A stretch of DNA of 64,000 nucleotides from an uncultured Ruminococcus sp. (GCA_964579135.1 CAZOFD010000004.1:5471-69470); one strand, 5' to 3'; counted from the first letter of the stretch, positions 37,013 through 47,052 are shown. Translations and numbers: made by a program. Notes: a model not told the origin generated them from the sequence alone.

Positions 37013-38257
37013 GTGGCGATCTTCGGAAAAAGAAAAAAGCGCCCGTCGGATTTGACCGCGGCGAACTCAAACGAGCGTGTGGACGATATATTCGGTGCCT
37101 CGGGTGAATATAATGGGTTTTACGACAAAGTATCCGTCGCATATCGCGCGGCTGAACTTTTGCTGCTCGCAGCGCTGATATTTTACGTCGTTTTCGCTGC
37201 GATCGGCAACGCGGGAAGCATATCGTACGACAGCCTCGGGTACGTCGTTCGCAATTTTTCCGTAAAACTCGCTGAGAACGGGGCAAATGCGGACGGCATA
37301 CTGTATAACCCCGACTCGGACGTGTCGTTCGCGTTTTTCGGCAAGGGTCTTGCGGTCGCGGGCTCGTCGGGGATCAATATTTTTTCGCCGACGGGTAGGC
37401 TTTTGTGCGACGGCTCGCACGGATATTCCACGCCGGTTCTCGCTTCGTCGGAAAAATATGCGCTCGTTTTCGACGGCGACGGCGAAGAGTATGCCGTTTA
37501 CAACTCGTTTTCCGAGGTGTGGCGCGAAAATTCGGGCAAAAAGATATACGGAGCCGCCGTTTCCGACGACGGTTGGTACGCGCTTATCGTCGAAAGCGAG
37601 GAATATACGACTGCGGTCGAACTTTACGACAAAAATTTCAGGCTTGTCAATCGCTTTTTGAAAAACGGTTACGTTACTGCCGTATCGCTCGACGACGATA
37701 AAGGCATAGCCGTGGCGACCGTAAGCGTAAACTCGAACGGGGAATACGAGACGGAGATAATGTTTTGCGAGTTCGGCAAAAGCGAGATTTCGGCGAAAAC
37801 GATCGTGCGTGCGGGGCTGCCGCTTCGCATCTCTTTTGTCGACGGCGGCGTTTTGCTGCTGTGCGACGACGCTCTTCTTTCGTTTGCCGCGGATCTGTCG
37901 CTAAGGTCGAAATTTGATTTTGACGGCGGCAAGATCTGCGATGCCGACGTTACGCGGCAAGGCGCCGCCGTCGTTCTCTCGACGAAAAACGCTGCCTCTT
38001 ACCGTGCGCTCGTTTTTTCGCAGAGCGGCGATTGCGAGGCGGAGACGACGTTCTCGGGCGCAGTCTCATCGGTGGTTTACGGTGACGGAGCGGCTTATAT
38101 AAACGAGCACGGCACGCTTTTGCGCGTCGGAGCGGACGGCGTTTGCGAGCATACGTCGTACGTGGACGAAAACGCGAAACTGCTTTATTGCGGCGGCGGG
38201 CGGCTTTACGTTTGCGCTTCTTCGTGCGCGCGTTCCGTCGTTTTCGAGACAAGATGA
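37013..38257 (+). CDS. Hypothetical membrane-anchored protein (single TM plus repetitive beta-rich ectodomain; possibly DUF5711-like)
   Basis: K-rich N-terminus, TM helix LLLLAALIFYVVFAAI, and a ~330-aa beta-strand-rich C-terminal region. GGAGG SD before the GTG start. No catalytic motif recognised. Confidence 0.55.
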   Translation: MAIFGKRKKRPSDLTAANSNERVDDIFGASGEYNGFYDKVSVAYRAAELLLLAALIFYVVFAAIGNAGSISYDSLGYVVRNFSVKLAENGANADGILYNPDSDVSFAFFGKGLAVAGSSGINIFSPTGRLLCDGSHGYSTPVLASSEKYALVFDGDGEEYAVYNSFSEVWRENSGKKIYGAAVSDDGWYALIVESEEYTTAVELYDKNFRLVNRFLKNGYVTAVSLDDDKGIAVATVSVNSNGEYETEIMFCEFGKSEISAKTIVRAGLPLRISFVDGGVLLLCDDALLSFAADLSLRSKFDFDGGKICDADVTRQGAAVVLSTKNAASYRALVFSQSGDCEAETTFSGAVSSVVYGDGAAYINEHGTLLRVGADGVCEHTSYVDENAKLLYCGGGRLYVCASSCARSVVFETR

Positions 38258-38272
38258 TCGGAGGAAGATAAC

Positions 38273-38929
38273 TTGAGATATTTGTTCGATTTGTTTCTCG
38301 CAGCCGTATTTGTCTTTACGGTGGTGCTGTGTGCAAAGCGAGGCTTTGCGAGATCCGTTTGGGGCTTTATAGCCGCGGTCGGCTCCGCCGTGTGTGCTTA
38401 TCTTTTCGGCAAACCGCTCGGCGACCTGCTTTATTCTTCGCTTGTCAACAATGCGCTTACGAAACGAGTGAGCGAGACTTTCGGTGCGGCTGTTACCGAG
38501 GGCGGAACGCTCGACGTCGCAAAGCTCCCCGAATTTATCGCCGAGTGGGCGAGCCGCGCGGGCATTTCCCGCGACGTGCTTGCGTCGGAGGGCGAGATCG
38601 AAGCGATGTCGCAAACGATAGCGGCGCCGATAGCGTACGTCGTTTCCGCATTGCTCGGCTTTTTGACCGTGTTCGTTATAGCGAGGGTCGTCTTCGCCGT
38701 TGTGGGGCGTGCGGTGGATTTTGCGTTCACAAAGCTGCCCTTGATAAGGCAACTGAACGCAGTTCTCGGTGCGCTCGTCGGAGTGCTCAAGGGGCTTGTG
38801 TGGGTGTGGCTCATATGCCTTGCACTTGCCGTTACCGCGAATATCGGCATTTTGCCGCAATGGCTTCTCGACTCGTACATAATGAAAATATTTTACTCTG
38901 TAATGCCGACCGTTTTTACGTCCTTATGA
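38273..38929 (+). CDS. cvpA: CvpA family membrane protein
   Basis: 4 TM helices with a CvpA-like N-terminus ([20 protein letters not shown]). TTG start with GGAGGAAG SD. Confidence 0.68.
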   Translation: MRYLFDLFLAAVFVFTVVLCAKRGFARSVWGFIAAVGSAVCAYLFGKPLGDLLYSSLVNNALTKRVSETFGAAVTEGGTLDVAKLPEFIAEWASRAGISRDVLASEGEIEAMSQTIAAPIAYVVSALLGFLTVFVIARVVFAVVGRAVDFAFTKLPLIRQLNAVLGALVGVLKGLVWVWLICLALAVTANIGILPQWLLDSYIMKIFYSVMPTVFTSL

Positions 38930-38954
38930 GGCGCGGCATAAAAGGTGATTCGAT

Positions 38955-41300
38955 ATGATAAAATGTTCAAGATGCAAAAAAAGACTCGCGATGGTCTTTA
39001 TAACGAAACTCGAGGCGGGTGAAAAAAAGACAGAGGGTCTTTGTATGCACTGCGCACGGGAACTCGGTCTGCCTATTGAAGATATGATGGGCGACCAACT
39101 GAAAAAAATGGGGCTGACCGCCGAACAGATGACGGAGCTCGAGGACGGCGTGGCGGAATATGCCGATGACATCGAGGCGTTGCCCGACGACGAAGATACG
39201 CCGACGATAGGCGACGACGGCGGCGCTCCGTCTATAGATATGAAAAAGTTGTTTGCCGAGGCAGCGCAGGCGATTGCCGCGATAGAGGGCGCGGAGACCG
39301 ACGGCTCGTTGCCCGAAAAAAAGAAAGAGAAAAAAGGCAAGGGCAAGGAACGACAGGGCGAGAAAAAAGAGCGCGAAGAGCACGAGTTTTTGGACAAGTA
39401 TTGCAAAAATCTGACTGAAGCCGCGAAAAAAGGGCAACTTGACGCCATAATCGGTCGCGAGAACGAGATCGCACGCGTTATCCAGATACTTTGCAGGCGG
39501 CAAAAAAACAATCCCTGTCTTATAGGCGAACCCGGCGTCGGAAAGACCGCCATTGCCGAGGGATTGGCGCAAAAAATCGTCGCGGGCGACGTGCCGTATA
39601 AACTGCGGGATAAGCAGCTCTATTTGGTCGATCTTACCGCTATCGTTGCCGGTACGCAATTTCGCGGGCAATTCGAGCAACGTATGATGACGCTTATAAA
39701 AGAGGTCAAATCAAGCGGCAACGTTATCTTGGTCATCGACGAGGTGCACAATATAGTCGGCGCCGGCGACGCCGAGGGTAGCGTGAATGCGGCGAACATC
39801 TTAAAGCCGGCGTTGTCGCGCGGAGAGGTGCACGTTATAGGTGCCACGACGCTTAAGGAATATCGCAAGTACATCGAAAAAGATTCCGCGCTCGAAAGGC
39901 GATTCCAGCCCGTCAACGTTAACGAGCCCTCGGTCGAGGACGCGGTGCGTATGTTGCGCGGTATAAGCCATTATTACGAAGAATACCACAGGATAAGGAT
40001 ACCCGACGACGTGCTTCGTCGCGCCGTCGCCCTTTCCGAAAGATATATAACCGACAGATATCTGCCCGATAAGGCGATAGATCTGCTCGACGAGGCGGCT
40101 GCAGAGCTTTCCATTTCGAGCGCTCCGATAAACGAAAGCGCACAGGTGCGCGCCGAACTTTTGAAACTGAAAGAGGAGCGGGAGGCGGAAGAAAACTCCG
40201 ACGGAGACGAGGCGCCCGAGAACGAGCGCTACGAAAAGATCGCCAATTTGCGCTCGCGCGAGCTCGTACTGTCAAGCAAACTCGCGCAGCTCGAGGGCGA
40301 ATGCGAGAAGATAACCCTCGACGTCGAGAATCTGGCGCACGTCATCGAAGTATGGACGGGCGTGCCCGCGACGGCGGTAAAGGAGAACGAGTTCGAGCGT
40401 ATCGAAAAGCTCGGCGAACGAATAGCGCGTCGCGTCGTCGGTCAGGACGCCGCGATAGACGCCGTGGCACGCGCGGTCAAACGCAGCCGTGCCGGTATAT
40501 CGTATAAACGCAAACCGGTTTCGTTTATATTCGCGGGGCCCACGGGCGTCGGAAAAACGGAACTCGTCAAGGTCCTCTCCGAGGATCTTTTCAGCACGCC
40601 GGAAACGCTTATACGTTTCGATATGTCGGAGTTTATGGAAAAGCATACGGTATCGCGCCTTATCGGATCTCCTCCCGGATACGTCGGATACGACGACGTG
40701 GGGCAACTTACCGAAAAGATACGCCGCCGCCCGTATTCCGTCGTTCTTTTCGACGAGATAGAAAAGGCGCACCCCGACGTGCTTAATATACTTTTGCAGA
40801 TACTTGACGACGGCAGGATAACGGACGCGCAGGGAAGAACCGTCGATTTTTCGAATACGGTCATAGTTATGACGACGAACGCCGGCAGCGCGGTCTCCTC
40901 TCCCGCGGGATTTACCGCGGACGGCGAAGCGGAAAGACGGCGCACGGAAAAGGCTCTGCTTGAGTTTTTGCGCCCCGAATTTATAAATCGCGTAGACGAG
41001 ATAATAACCTTTAACTCTCTCTCTCTCGATGATTTCGTGCGTATTGCGGGCATAATGCTTTCGGATCTTGCCTCCGTTCTCGCGGAAAAATACATTACGC
41101 TTGAGTTTACGGACAGTGCGGAAAAGTACGTCGCCGACGGCGGATATTCGCCGAAATACGGCGCGAGAAATATGCGCAGGTTTATACAAAAAGAGATCGA
41201 AGACAAGATAGCCTCGCAGATCGTCGCAAAGCACGGCAAGGGCACGTCGAAAATCACTCTCGACGCTTCGAACGGCGAGCTGTGCATATCGTACGAATAA
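38955..41300 (+). CDS. Class I AAA+ Clp/Hsp100 unfoldase (ClpC/ClpA-like) with non-canonical N-terminus
   Basis: Two AAA modules ([18 protein letters not shown]), sensor and arginine-finger blocks, and a short coiled-coil middle region. The N-terminal 145 aa carry CxxC-21 aa-CxxC plus acidic and K/E-rich segments instead of Clp_N repeats. Confidence 0.85.
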   Translation: MIKCSRCKKRLAMVFITKLEAGEKKTEGLCMHCARELGLPIEDMMGDQLKKMGLTAEQMTELEDGVAEYADDIEALPDDEDTPTIGDDGGAPSIDMKKLFAEAAQAIAAIEGAETDGSLPEKKKEKKGKGKERQGEKKEREEHEFLDKYCKNLTEAAKKGQLDAIIGRENEIARVIQILCRRQKNNPCLIGEPGVGKTAIAEGLAQKIVAGDVPYKLRDKQLYLVDLTAIVAGTQFRGQFEQRMMTLIKEVKSSGNVILVIDEVHNIVGAGDAEGSVNAANILKPALSRGEVHVIGATTLKEYRKYIEKDSALERRFQPVNVNEPSVEDAVRMLRGISHYYEEYHRIRIPDDVLRRAVALSERYITDRYLPDKAIDLLDEAAAELSISSAPINESAQVRAELLKLKEEREAEENSDGDEAPENERYEKIANLRSRELVLSSKLAQLEGECEKITLDVENLAHVIEVWTGVPATAVKENEFERIEKLGERIARRVVGQDAAIDAVARAVKRSRAGISYKRKPVSFIFAGPTGVGKTELVKVLSEDLFSTPETLIRFDMSEFMEKHTVSRLIGSPPGYVGYDDVGQLTEKIRRRPYSVVLFDEIEKAHPDVLNILLQILDDGRITDAQGRTVDFSNTVIVMTTNAGSAVSSPAGFTADGEAERRRTEKALLEFLRPEFINRVDEIITFNSLSLDDFVRIAGIMLSDLASVLAEKYITLEFTDSAEKYVADGGYSPKYGARNMRRFIQKEIEDKIASQIVAKHGKGTSKITLDASNGELCISYE

Positions 41301-41312
41301 GTCGGTAGGGAT

Positions 41313-43706
41313 ATGCGAAACTGTCAAAGACTGACTGTCGAGCAGGTTTGCGAGCGGCTGGGTGTCGACCCTCGGCGCGGCAGACCGCAGGACACGGGCG
41401 ACGCCGACCGTCGCGATGCGAGCACGAGACGCGCAAGAAAGCCGAGCGAGGGGATACTCTCGTGTTTTGCGTCCGTCGCGGCGGAGCCGACGTTCGTGAT
41501 ATTCGCGATATTCGTCGCCGTTTGGGCTTTCTTCGGCGAATGGCGCGGCGCGGTGCTCGTTGCGGTCGTATGGCTGATATTTACGTCGCTGTTCGCCGCG
41601 GTTCGCGCGGCATCTCGCGCGGTATTTCGGCGTTCGTGCGAAAAAAACGCGCCGCAAGCTCGCGTGATACGCGACGGCAAAGTTTGCCGCATACCGCGCG
41701 GCGAGGTGACCGTCGGTGACGTGCTGGTCTTTCGTGCGGGGGACGTTATCCCCGCGGACGCACGTTTGATATCCGCAATTAAGCTAAAGACTCTTGAGAA
41801 AAAGCTCGGCGATGACGGCAGGTGGCTTTCCGTTTCCGCTTCGAAAGACGCCGGGGCATTGTATTCGGGAAGCGACGAGATGCAGTTCTACTCCAACACG
41901 GTCTACGCCTCGTCCGCCGTTCTGTCGGGCAGGGGCAAGGCAGTCGCTGTCGCCGTCGGGGACGAAACGCGGGGCGCTTTGCTCGGTTTTGCCGCCGACG
42001 ACGGTGTCGCCGCGGAACTTCCCCCGTCTCTTGCGCAATTCACGCAAAAATTGCGTACCGCGTCGGTCGCCTCGCTTGCGGCGATCTTTCCCGTTGTCGC
42101 GCTGGCTGTTTGGCGTGCGCGGGGCGGGGCGGAGTTGAGTCTTGTGCAGACGTGCGTCACCGCTTTGGCTTTTGCTTTTACCGCCGGCGGCGAGCCCACG
42201 GCGGTTATGGCGGAGCATTTGCTTGCCGATGCCGTCGCAAAGAGCGAAAAAAAGGTCGGCGTTACGCCGCTGCCCGCCAAATGCGACGAGCTCGCGCGTG
42301 CGGATTTTGTCGCTGTTATGGAGGAGCGGCTCCTCAACGACGGACAAATCAACGTGTCCGCGGCGTATTTCGACGATCGGGTATGCGGCGGGGGCGAAAT
42401 ATATTCGCCGGGATTTGCGGAGTGTCTTTCGCGCCTCAGATTGACCGCCGAGGCGCTCTGCGATGAGGCGGAAGATGCCCATCACCGCAACGATTCTTTG
42501 CTGCGTGCCGTAAACGCGTATTGCGAGCAAACGGGTGCGTCGCTCGCGTATCACGCGGTGCGGTCTCGCGAGGTGCGCGGCGACCGCTTTTCGGCGGACT
42601 CTTTTTCCGCCGCAATCGAGTTCGACACCGACCCGCTCGGTGCGGCAAACCTGTTTTCGATAACTTTCGGAACCTCGCTTTTGTCGTCTTGCGTTTTTTA
42701 TCGTGCGAAAGACGGCGAAAAACGCAGGCTTTCCGCCGAGGTGCTCGGCGGCATATACCGATTTATCGACGAAATGCGCGCCAAGGGCAACGAAGTCGTT
42801 TTGCTGATATCGAACGACGGAGCAAAGCCTTGCGCCGTGTTCGAGGGCGCGTTTGCGCTCGACGCTGTGTGGGAGGACTGCGCAAGCGGGTTGCTACGTT
42901 TGTCCGAGTTGGGGGCGGATGCGGTTTTCGTCTCGACAAACGCCGATATTATCGCCGCCGAAAGCGCGAAAAAGTGCGGATTCGCAAAGGACGGCGCAAC
43001 CTTGCGTAATTTTGATACCGCCGGGGCGCAGCGGGGACGCGAGCGGCGACAAACCGTGTTTTTGGGGCTCGGCAAAAAGGAAAAACGCGAGCTGGCGTTG
43101 CGCGCTCAAAAAGACGGCAAAAACGTATGCGCGGTGGTCGGAAATATATCCGATCTCGGCGTTTTGCCGAAAGGCGCGTGCTCGATAGCCTGCGGAGAAA
43201 ACGTGCAGGATGCCGTCAGGCTTCGCTCGGCTTTTTATACCGACGGATTTGCAAAGACGTCGGGGCGCGGCGGATTCGGTGCGGTTTGCGAGGCTTTGTA
43301 TTTCGCGCGCACGTACGCTTCGCGCATTGCCGCTTTTCGCGATTACGTTGTTTTTTCTGTCGTTTTGCGACTTTTTTCGATATTGATACCGCTCGTCGCG
43401 GGCGAAACGGCTTTGGTGCCGACTCCCGTGCAAGTGTTGGCGGCGGGGTGGCTCGGCGACGTTGCGGCGTGTGCGTTTGCGCTCTTTTTCGCTTCGCCGC
43501 GCCGTAAGGGTAAAGTCGGAAAAAACGCCGTCGTTCTTGCGGCGAGCGGTGCGCTCGGTGCCGCCGCGGCTTACTTTGCCGCCGTCGCGCTCGGTATCGT
43601 TTGCCGAGGGGCGTCGGTCGGTGCGTATTTCGCGTGCGTTTGCGTGTTGCAGCTCGTCGGGGCGATATTTTTTTCCGCGTCGCGTTCCGTCGGGGGAAAG
43701 TCATAA
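41313..43706 (+). CDS. P-type ATPase homologue lacking catalytic signatures (putative pseudo-ATPase)
   Basis: Cation_ATPase_N-like start, actuator block VIRDGKVCRIPRGEVTVGDVLVFRAGDVIPADARLI, and ~8 TM helices. TGES, DKTGT and GDGxND positions are all substituted. Confidence 0.7.
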   Translation: MRNCQRLTVEQVCERLGVDPRRGRPQDTGDADRRDASTRRARKPSEGILSCFASVAAEPTFVIFAIFVAVWAFFGEWRGAVLVAVVWLIFTSLFAAVRAASRAVFRRSCEKNAPQARVIRDGKVCRIPRGEVTVGDVLVFRAGDVIPADARLISAIKLKTLEKKLGDDGRWLSVSASKDAGALYSGSDEMQFYSNTVYASSAVLSGRGKAVAVAVGDETRGALLGFAADDGVAAELPPSLAQFTQKLRTASVASLAAIFPVVALAVWRARGGAELSLVQTCVTALAFAFTAGGEPTAVMAEHLLADAVAKSEKKVGVTPLPAKCDELARADFVAVMEERLLNDGQINVSAAYFDDRVCGGGEIYSPGFAECLSRLRLTAEALCDEAEDAHHRNDSLLRAVNAYCEQTGASLAYHAVRSREVRGDRFSADSFSAAIEFDTDPLGAANLFSITFGTSLLSSCVFYRAKDGEKRRLSAEVLGGIYRFIDEMRAKGNEVVLLISNDGAKPCAVFEGAFALDAVWEDCASGLLRLSELGADAVFVSTNADIIAAESAKKCGFAKDGATLRNFDTAGAQRGRERRQTVFLGLGKKEKRELALRAQKDGKNVCAVVGNISDLGVLPKGACSIACGENVQDAVRLRSAFYTDGFAKTSGRGGFGAVCEALYFARTYASRIAAFRDYVVFSVVLRLFSILIPLVAGETALVPTPVQVLAAGWLGDVAACAFALFFASPRRKGKVGKNAVVLAASGALGAAAAYFAAVALGIVCRGASVGAYFACVCVLQLVGAIFFSASRSVGGKS

Positions 43707-43757
43707 CCGAGCCGCGCGACGAATATATTTAAAAAAATATATTCGGAGGTCGCGCTT

Positions 43758-44036
43758 ATGAACAAAATGAATACCGAGCAGCTGCGTCAAAAGATCGTTA
43801 TCAATCTTTGCGACGGTGCAAAACTCGGCTACGTTGTCGAGCTCGAGTTCGACGTTTGCGACGGGCGTATCTGCGCCGTCGTCGTTGCAAAAGACTGCGG
43901 ATTCTTCGCTTTCGGGAAAAACGAACGGGCTGTCGTGCCGTGGGATAGGATAGATCGCATAGGCGAAGATGCGATACTCGTCAGGGTGCCGCCCGAGGAG
44001 CTTGTGTGTCGCCCGCCTAAAAAAGACAGACGGTAG
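43758..44036 (+). CDS. ylmC: YlmC/YmxH family sporulation protein (PRC-barrel)
   Basis: LRQKIVINLCDGAKLGYVVELEFDVCDGRICAVVV...VPWDRIDRIGEDAILV. 92 aa. Confidence 0.75.
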   Translation: MNKMNTEQLRQKIVINLCDGAKLGYVVELEFDVCDGRICAVVVAKDCGFFAFGKNERAVVPWDRIDRIGEDAILVRVPPEELVCRPPKKDRR

Positions 44037-44194
44037 GGAAGAGGGCGGCTGCGAAAAACTCGTTCGCTTTTCGCGAAACGCTTGCAAGGGTTGGGTTCGA
44101 TACACCGCATAGGTCTCTTTCGGCGGCGCCGGGGGAGCGGCGCAAACAAAACGAATCGAAAATGTAAAAAAAATGTTAACATTTTTATTTCGTC

Positions 44195-44223
44195 TTGAAT
44201 TTAACGTTTAAATGTGATATAAT
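44195..44223 (+). promoter_or_regulatory. rpsB-tsf promoter
   Basis: TTGAAT (44195-44200), 17-nt spacer, TGaTATAAT (TATAAT 44218-44223). AT-rich palindrome immediately upstream. Confidence 0.55.
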
Positions 44224-44359
44224 CCCGACGTTGCGGTGTTTGCGCACCGCAAGATAACACACACGGCGGGGCGTCCTCTCCGGTGCCGCGTCAAACGGGC
44301 GCGGTCGGGCGGATATTATCGCCGTGGTGGAAAAACCAAAATCAAGGAGGACATTGAAA

Positions 44360-45103
44360 ATGTCAGTTATCACTATCAAGCAGTTGCTTGAAGCGGGTGT
44401 CCATTTCGGTCACCACACCAGAAGATGGAACCCCAAAATGGCGGAGTACATCTATACCGAGCGCAACGGTATTTATATCATCGACCTTCAAAAGACCGTT
44501 AAAAAGTTCGAGGAAGCTTATATGTTCGTTCGCGACCTTTCCGCTTCCGGCAAGAACATCCTTTTCGTAGGTACCAAGAAGCAGGCTGCCGACGCTATCA
44601 AAGAAGAGGCGGAGAGATGCGGAATGTACTTCGTAAACGTTCGTTGGCCCGGCGGTATGATGACCAACTTCAAGACCATCAAGAAGTCCATCAACCGTCT
44701 CAACTCTCTCGAAAGAATGGCTGAGGACGGCACGTTCGATATGCTGCCCAAGAAAGAGGCTGCATCGCTCCAAAAGGAAATGTCCGACCTCGAGAAGAAC
44801 TACGGCGGTATAAAGACTATGACCGAGCTTCCCGCGGCTATCTTTATCGTAGACCCCAAAAAGGAAGCCAACGCCGTTAAAGAAGCGAAGAAACTCGGCA
44901 TCCCCGTTATCGCGATCGTCGACACCAACTGCGACCCCGATGACGCCGATTACATCATCCCCGGCAACGACGACGCAATCCGTGCCATCAAGCTCATCTC
45001 CCAGGTTCTCGCAGACGCGGTCATCGAGGGCAAGCAGGGCGAGCAGAACGAAGCCGAGAACGAAGGAGCAACCGCCGAGGATGCTGCTTCCGACGAAGAA
45101 TGA
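44360..45103 (+). CDS. rpsB: 30S ribosomal protein S2
   Basis: [27 protein letters not shown]... AAGGAGG SD. Confidence 0.95.
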   Translation: MSVITIKQLLEAGVHFGHHTRRWNPKMAEYIYTERNGIYIIDLQKTVKKFEEAYMFVRDLSASGKNILFVGTKKQAADAIKEEAERCGMYFVNVRWPGGMMTNFKTIKKSINRLNSLERMAEDGTFDMLPKKEAASLQKEMSDLEKNYGGIKTMTELPAAIFIVDPKKEANAVKEAKKLGIPVIAIVDTNCDPDDADYIIPGNDDAIRAIKLISQVLADAVIEGKQGEQNEAENEGATAEDAASDEE

Positions 45104-45130
45104 TATAAGATCTTAAGAGGAGAGTTTAAA

Positions 45131-46066
45131 ATGGCTAACATTACGGCTAAAGACGTAGCGGCGCTCCGTGCAAAAACGGGCATCGGAATGATGGAATGTA
45201 AAAAGGCTCTCGTAGAGGCAGACGGCGACGTCGAAAAGGCTCTCAAGGTCCTCAGAGAAAGAGGATTGGCGGTTGCCGCGAAGAAAGAGGGCAGAATCGC
45301 AGCCGACGGCGTTGTCGACATACTTAAAAAGGGCAACGTTACCGCAATGATCGAGGTCAACTCCGAGACCGACTTCGTTGCAAAGAACGAGACTTTCAAA
45401 GAATTCGTTAAGAACTTGCTCGAAACCATCGTCGAGAGCAAGCCCGCCGATATCGACGCGCTTCTCGGTTGCGTATATTACGGCACCGACATCACCGTTG
45501 ACGCGAAACTCAAAGAGATGATCTTCGCCATCGGCGAAAAGATCAACATCCGTCGTTTTGCACTTCGCGAGGGCGTTTCGAGCACGTACATCCACGGCAA
45601 CGGCGTTGCCGGCGTCGTAGTTGTGTTCGACGTTGATCCTGCGGTCGCGGAAAAGGACGAGTTTGCCGCAGTTGCTAAGAATATTGCCCTTCAGGTGGCA
45701 GGCAGCACGCCCGCACCCGCATATATCAGCCGCGAAGACGTTCCCGTTTCCGTTATCGAGGAGGAGAAGAACATCCAGATCGCCGCAATGAAGAACGATC
45801 CCAAAAACGCAAACAAGCCCGACAATATTCTCGAAAAGATCGTTGTCGGAAAGATGGGCAAGTTCTACGAGGGCGTTTGCCTGCTTGAGCAGGAATACAT
45901 TAAGGATGACAGCCTTACGGTAGCAAAATATTTGGCTGCAGCATCCAAAGAGCTCGGCGCCGACATCAAAGTAACGGATTTCGTTCACTATGAAAAGGGC
46001 GAGGGCATCGAAAAGAGAGAGGACAACTTTGCCGAGGAGATCGCCAAGCTCACCTCCGGTAACTGA
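45131..46066 (+). CDS. tsf: Elongation factor Ts
   Basis: ITAKDVAALRAKTGIGMMECKKAL (UBA-like domain) and the EF-Ts dimerisation core. Confidence 0.95.
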   Translation: MANITAKDVAALRAKTGIGMMECKKALVEADGDVEKALKVLRERGLAVAAKKEGRIAADGVVDILKKGNVTAMIEVNSETDFVAKNETFKEFVKNLLETIVESKPADIDALLGCVYYGTDITVDAKLKEMIFAIGEKINIRRFALREGVSSTYIHGNGVAGVVVVFDVDPAVAEKDEFAAVAKNIALQVAGSTPAPAYISREDVPVSVIEEEKNIQIAAMKNDPKNANKPDNILEKIVVGKMGKFYEGVCLLEQEYIKDDSLTVAKYLAAASKELGADIKVTDFVHYEKGEGIEKREDNFAEEIAKLTSGN

Positions 46067-46095
46067 TAAGAACTTTTTCGAACAGGTTATAAAAG

Positions 46096-46136
46096 ATCCC
46101 GTTTGTGCCTTTTGTCGACATCAAACGGGATTTTTT
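46096..46136 (+). terminator. Rho-independent terminator after tsf
   Basis: atcccgtttg-16 nt-caaacgggat followed by ttttt. Confidence 0.75.
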
Positions 46137-46341
46137 ATGCCCAAAAACACCGAAAAATGCGTTTGGGTGTTTACAAAACGTAAAAAATATTATAAAATAT
46201 AATAAAAAAGCATATATGGCTAAAGGAGCGGCTGCGGCAATGCGCGGCGGAAAAAAGATCACTCCGCAAGCCGACAGGTGCGAAGTTTTTACCGAAAACG
46301 TGAAAGGGGGCTTTCGCCCGTCGAAAGCCACGGTCGTTAAA

Positions 46342-47052
46342 ATGGCAAATGATTATAAATACAAGCGCGTGCTTTTAAAGCTCTCGGGCGAAGCCGTCGC
46401 GGGTAAAGATTCGATAATAGATTTCGAATTTATGGACAGGATCGCACAAACGCTCGTGAGGGCGGCGAAAGACGGCGTTGAGGTCGCGCTGATATTCGGT
46501 GCTGGCAATATTTGGCGCGGGCGCAGCGGCGGCGATATGAATCGCGTTACCGCCGACAGTATGGGAATGCTTGCGACGGTCATAAATTCTTTGGCTGCAA
46601 AGGACGCAATAGCGCGCGCCGGCGGAGATCCTCTGGTGCTGACGGCGACTCCTATGGAATCTTTTGCGGAGCATTATACCGCGCAGCGCGCGAAAAACGC
46701 GCTTTCCGAGGGGCGTATAGTTATCTGCGCCGGCGGAAGCGGTAACCCGCTTTTCTCGACGGATACCGCGGGGATGCTTCGCGCTATCGAGATCGACGCC
46801 GACGTATTTTTGCTTGCGAAAAACGTCGACGGAATATACGACAGCGACCCCAAGCTCGGCGCGGCTACCCGTTTCGACGAGATTACTTATTCCGATATGG
46901 TCAAGCTGAATCTCAAGGGTATCGACCTTACGGCTTCCGCGCTCGGTGCCGATTTCGGTCCCGACGCGTTCGCTTTCCGTCTTTCGGATCCCGAGGATAT
47001 CCTTCGCGCTATGGCGGGTAACGCAGTCGGAACGACGATAAAAAGACGATAA
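46342..47052 (+). CDS. pyrH: UMP kinase
   Basis: KRVLLKLSGEA and GAGNIWRG. Start taken at MANDYKYKRVLL. In-frame upstream ATGs exist at 46216 and 46240. Confidence 0.88.
   Translation: MANDYKYKRVLLKLSGEAVAGKDSIIDFEFMDRIAQTLVRAAKDGVEVALIFGAGNIWRGRSGGDMNRVTADSMGMLATVINSLAAKDAIARAGGDPLVLTATPMESFAEHYTAQRAKNALSEGRIVICAGGSGNPLFSTDTAGMLRAIEIDADVFLLAKNVDGIYDSDPKLGAATRFDEITYSDMVKLNLKGIDLTASALGADFGPDAFAFRLSDPEDILRAMAGNAVGTTIKRR

Noticed and set aside
44078-44110. tRNA-like T-loop string gggttcgatac downstream of ylmC.
   Set aside because: No matching acceptor, D or anticodon arms can be drawn around it. It is probably a chance match inside the ylmC 3' region.
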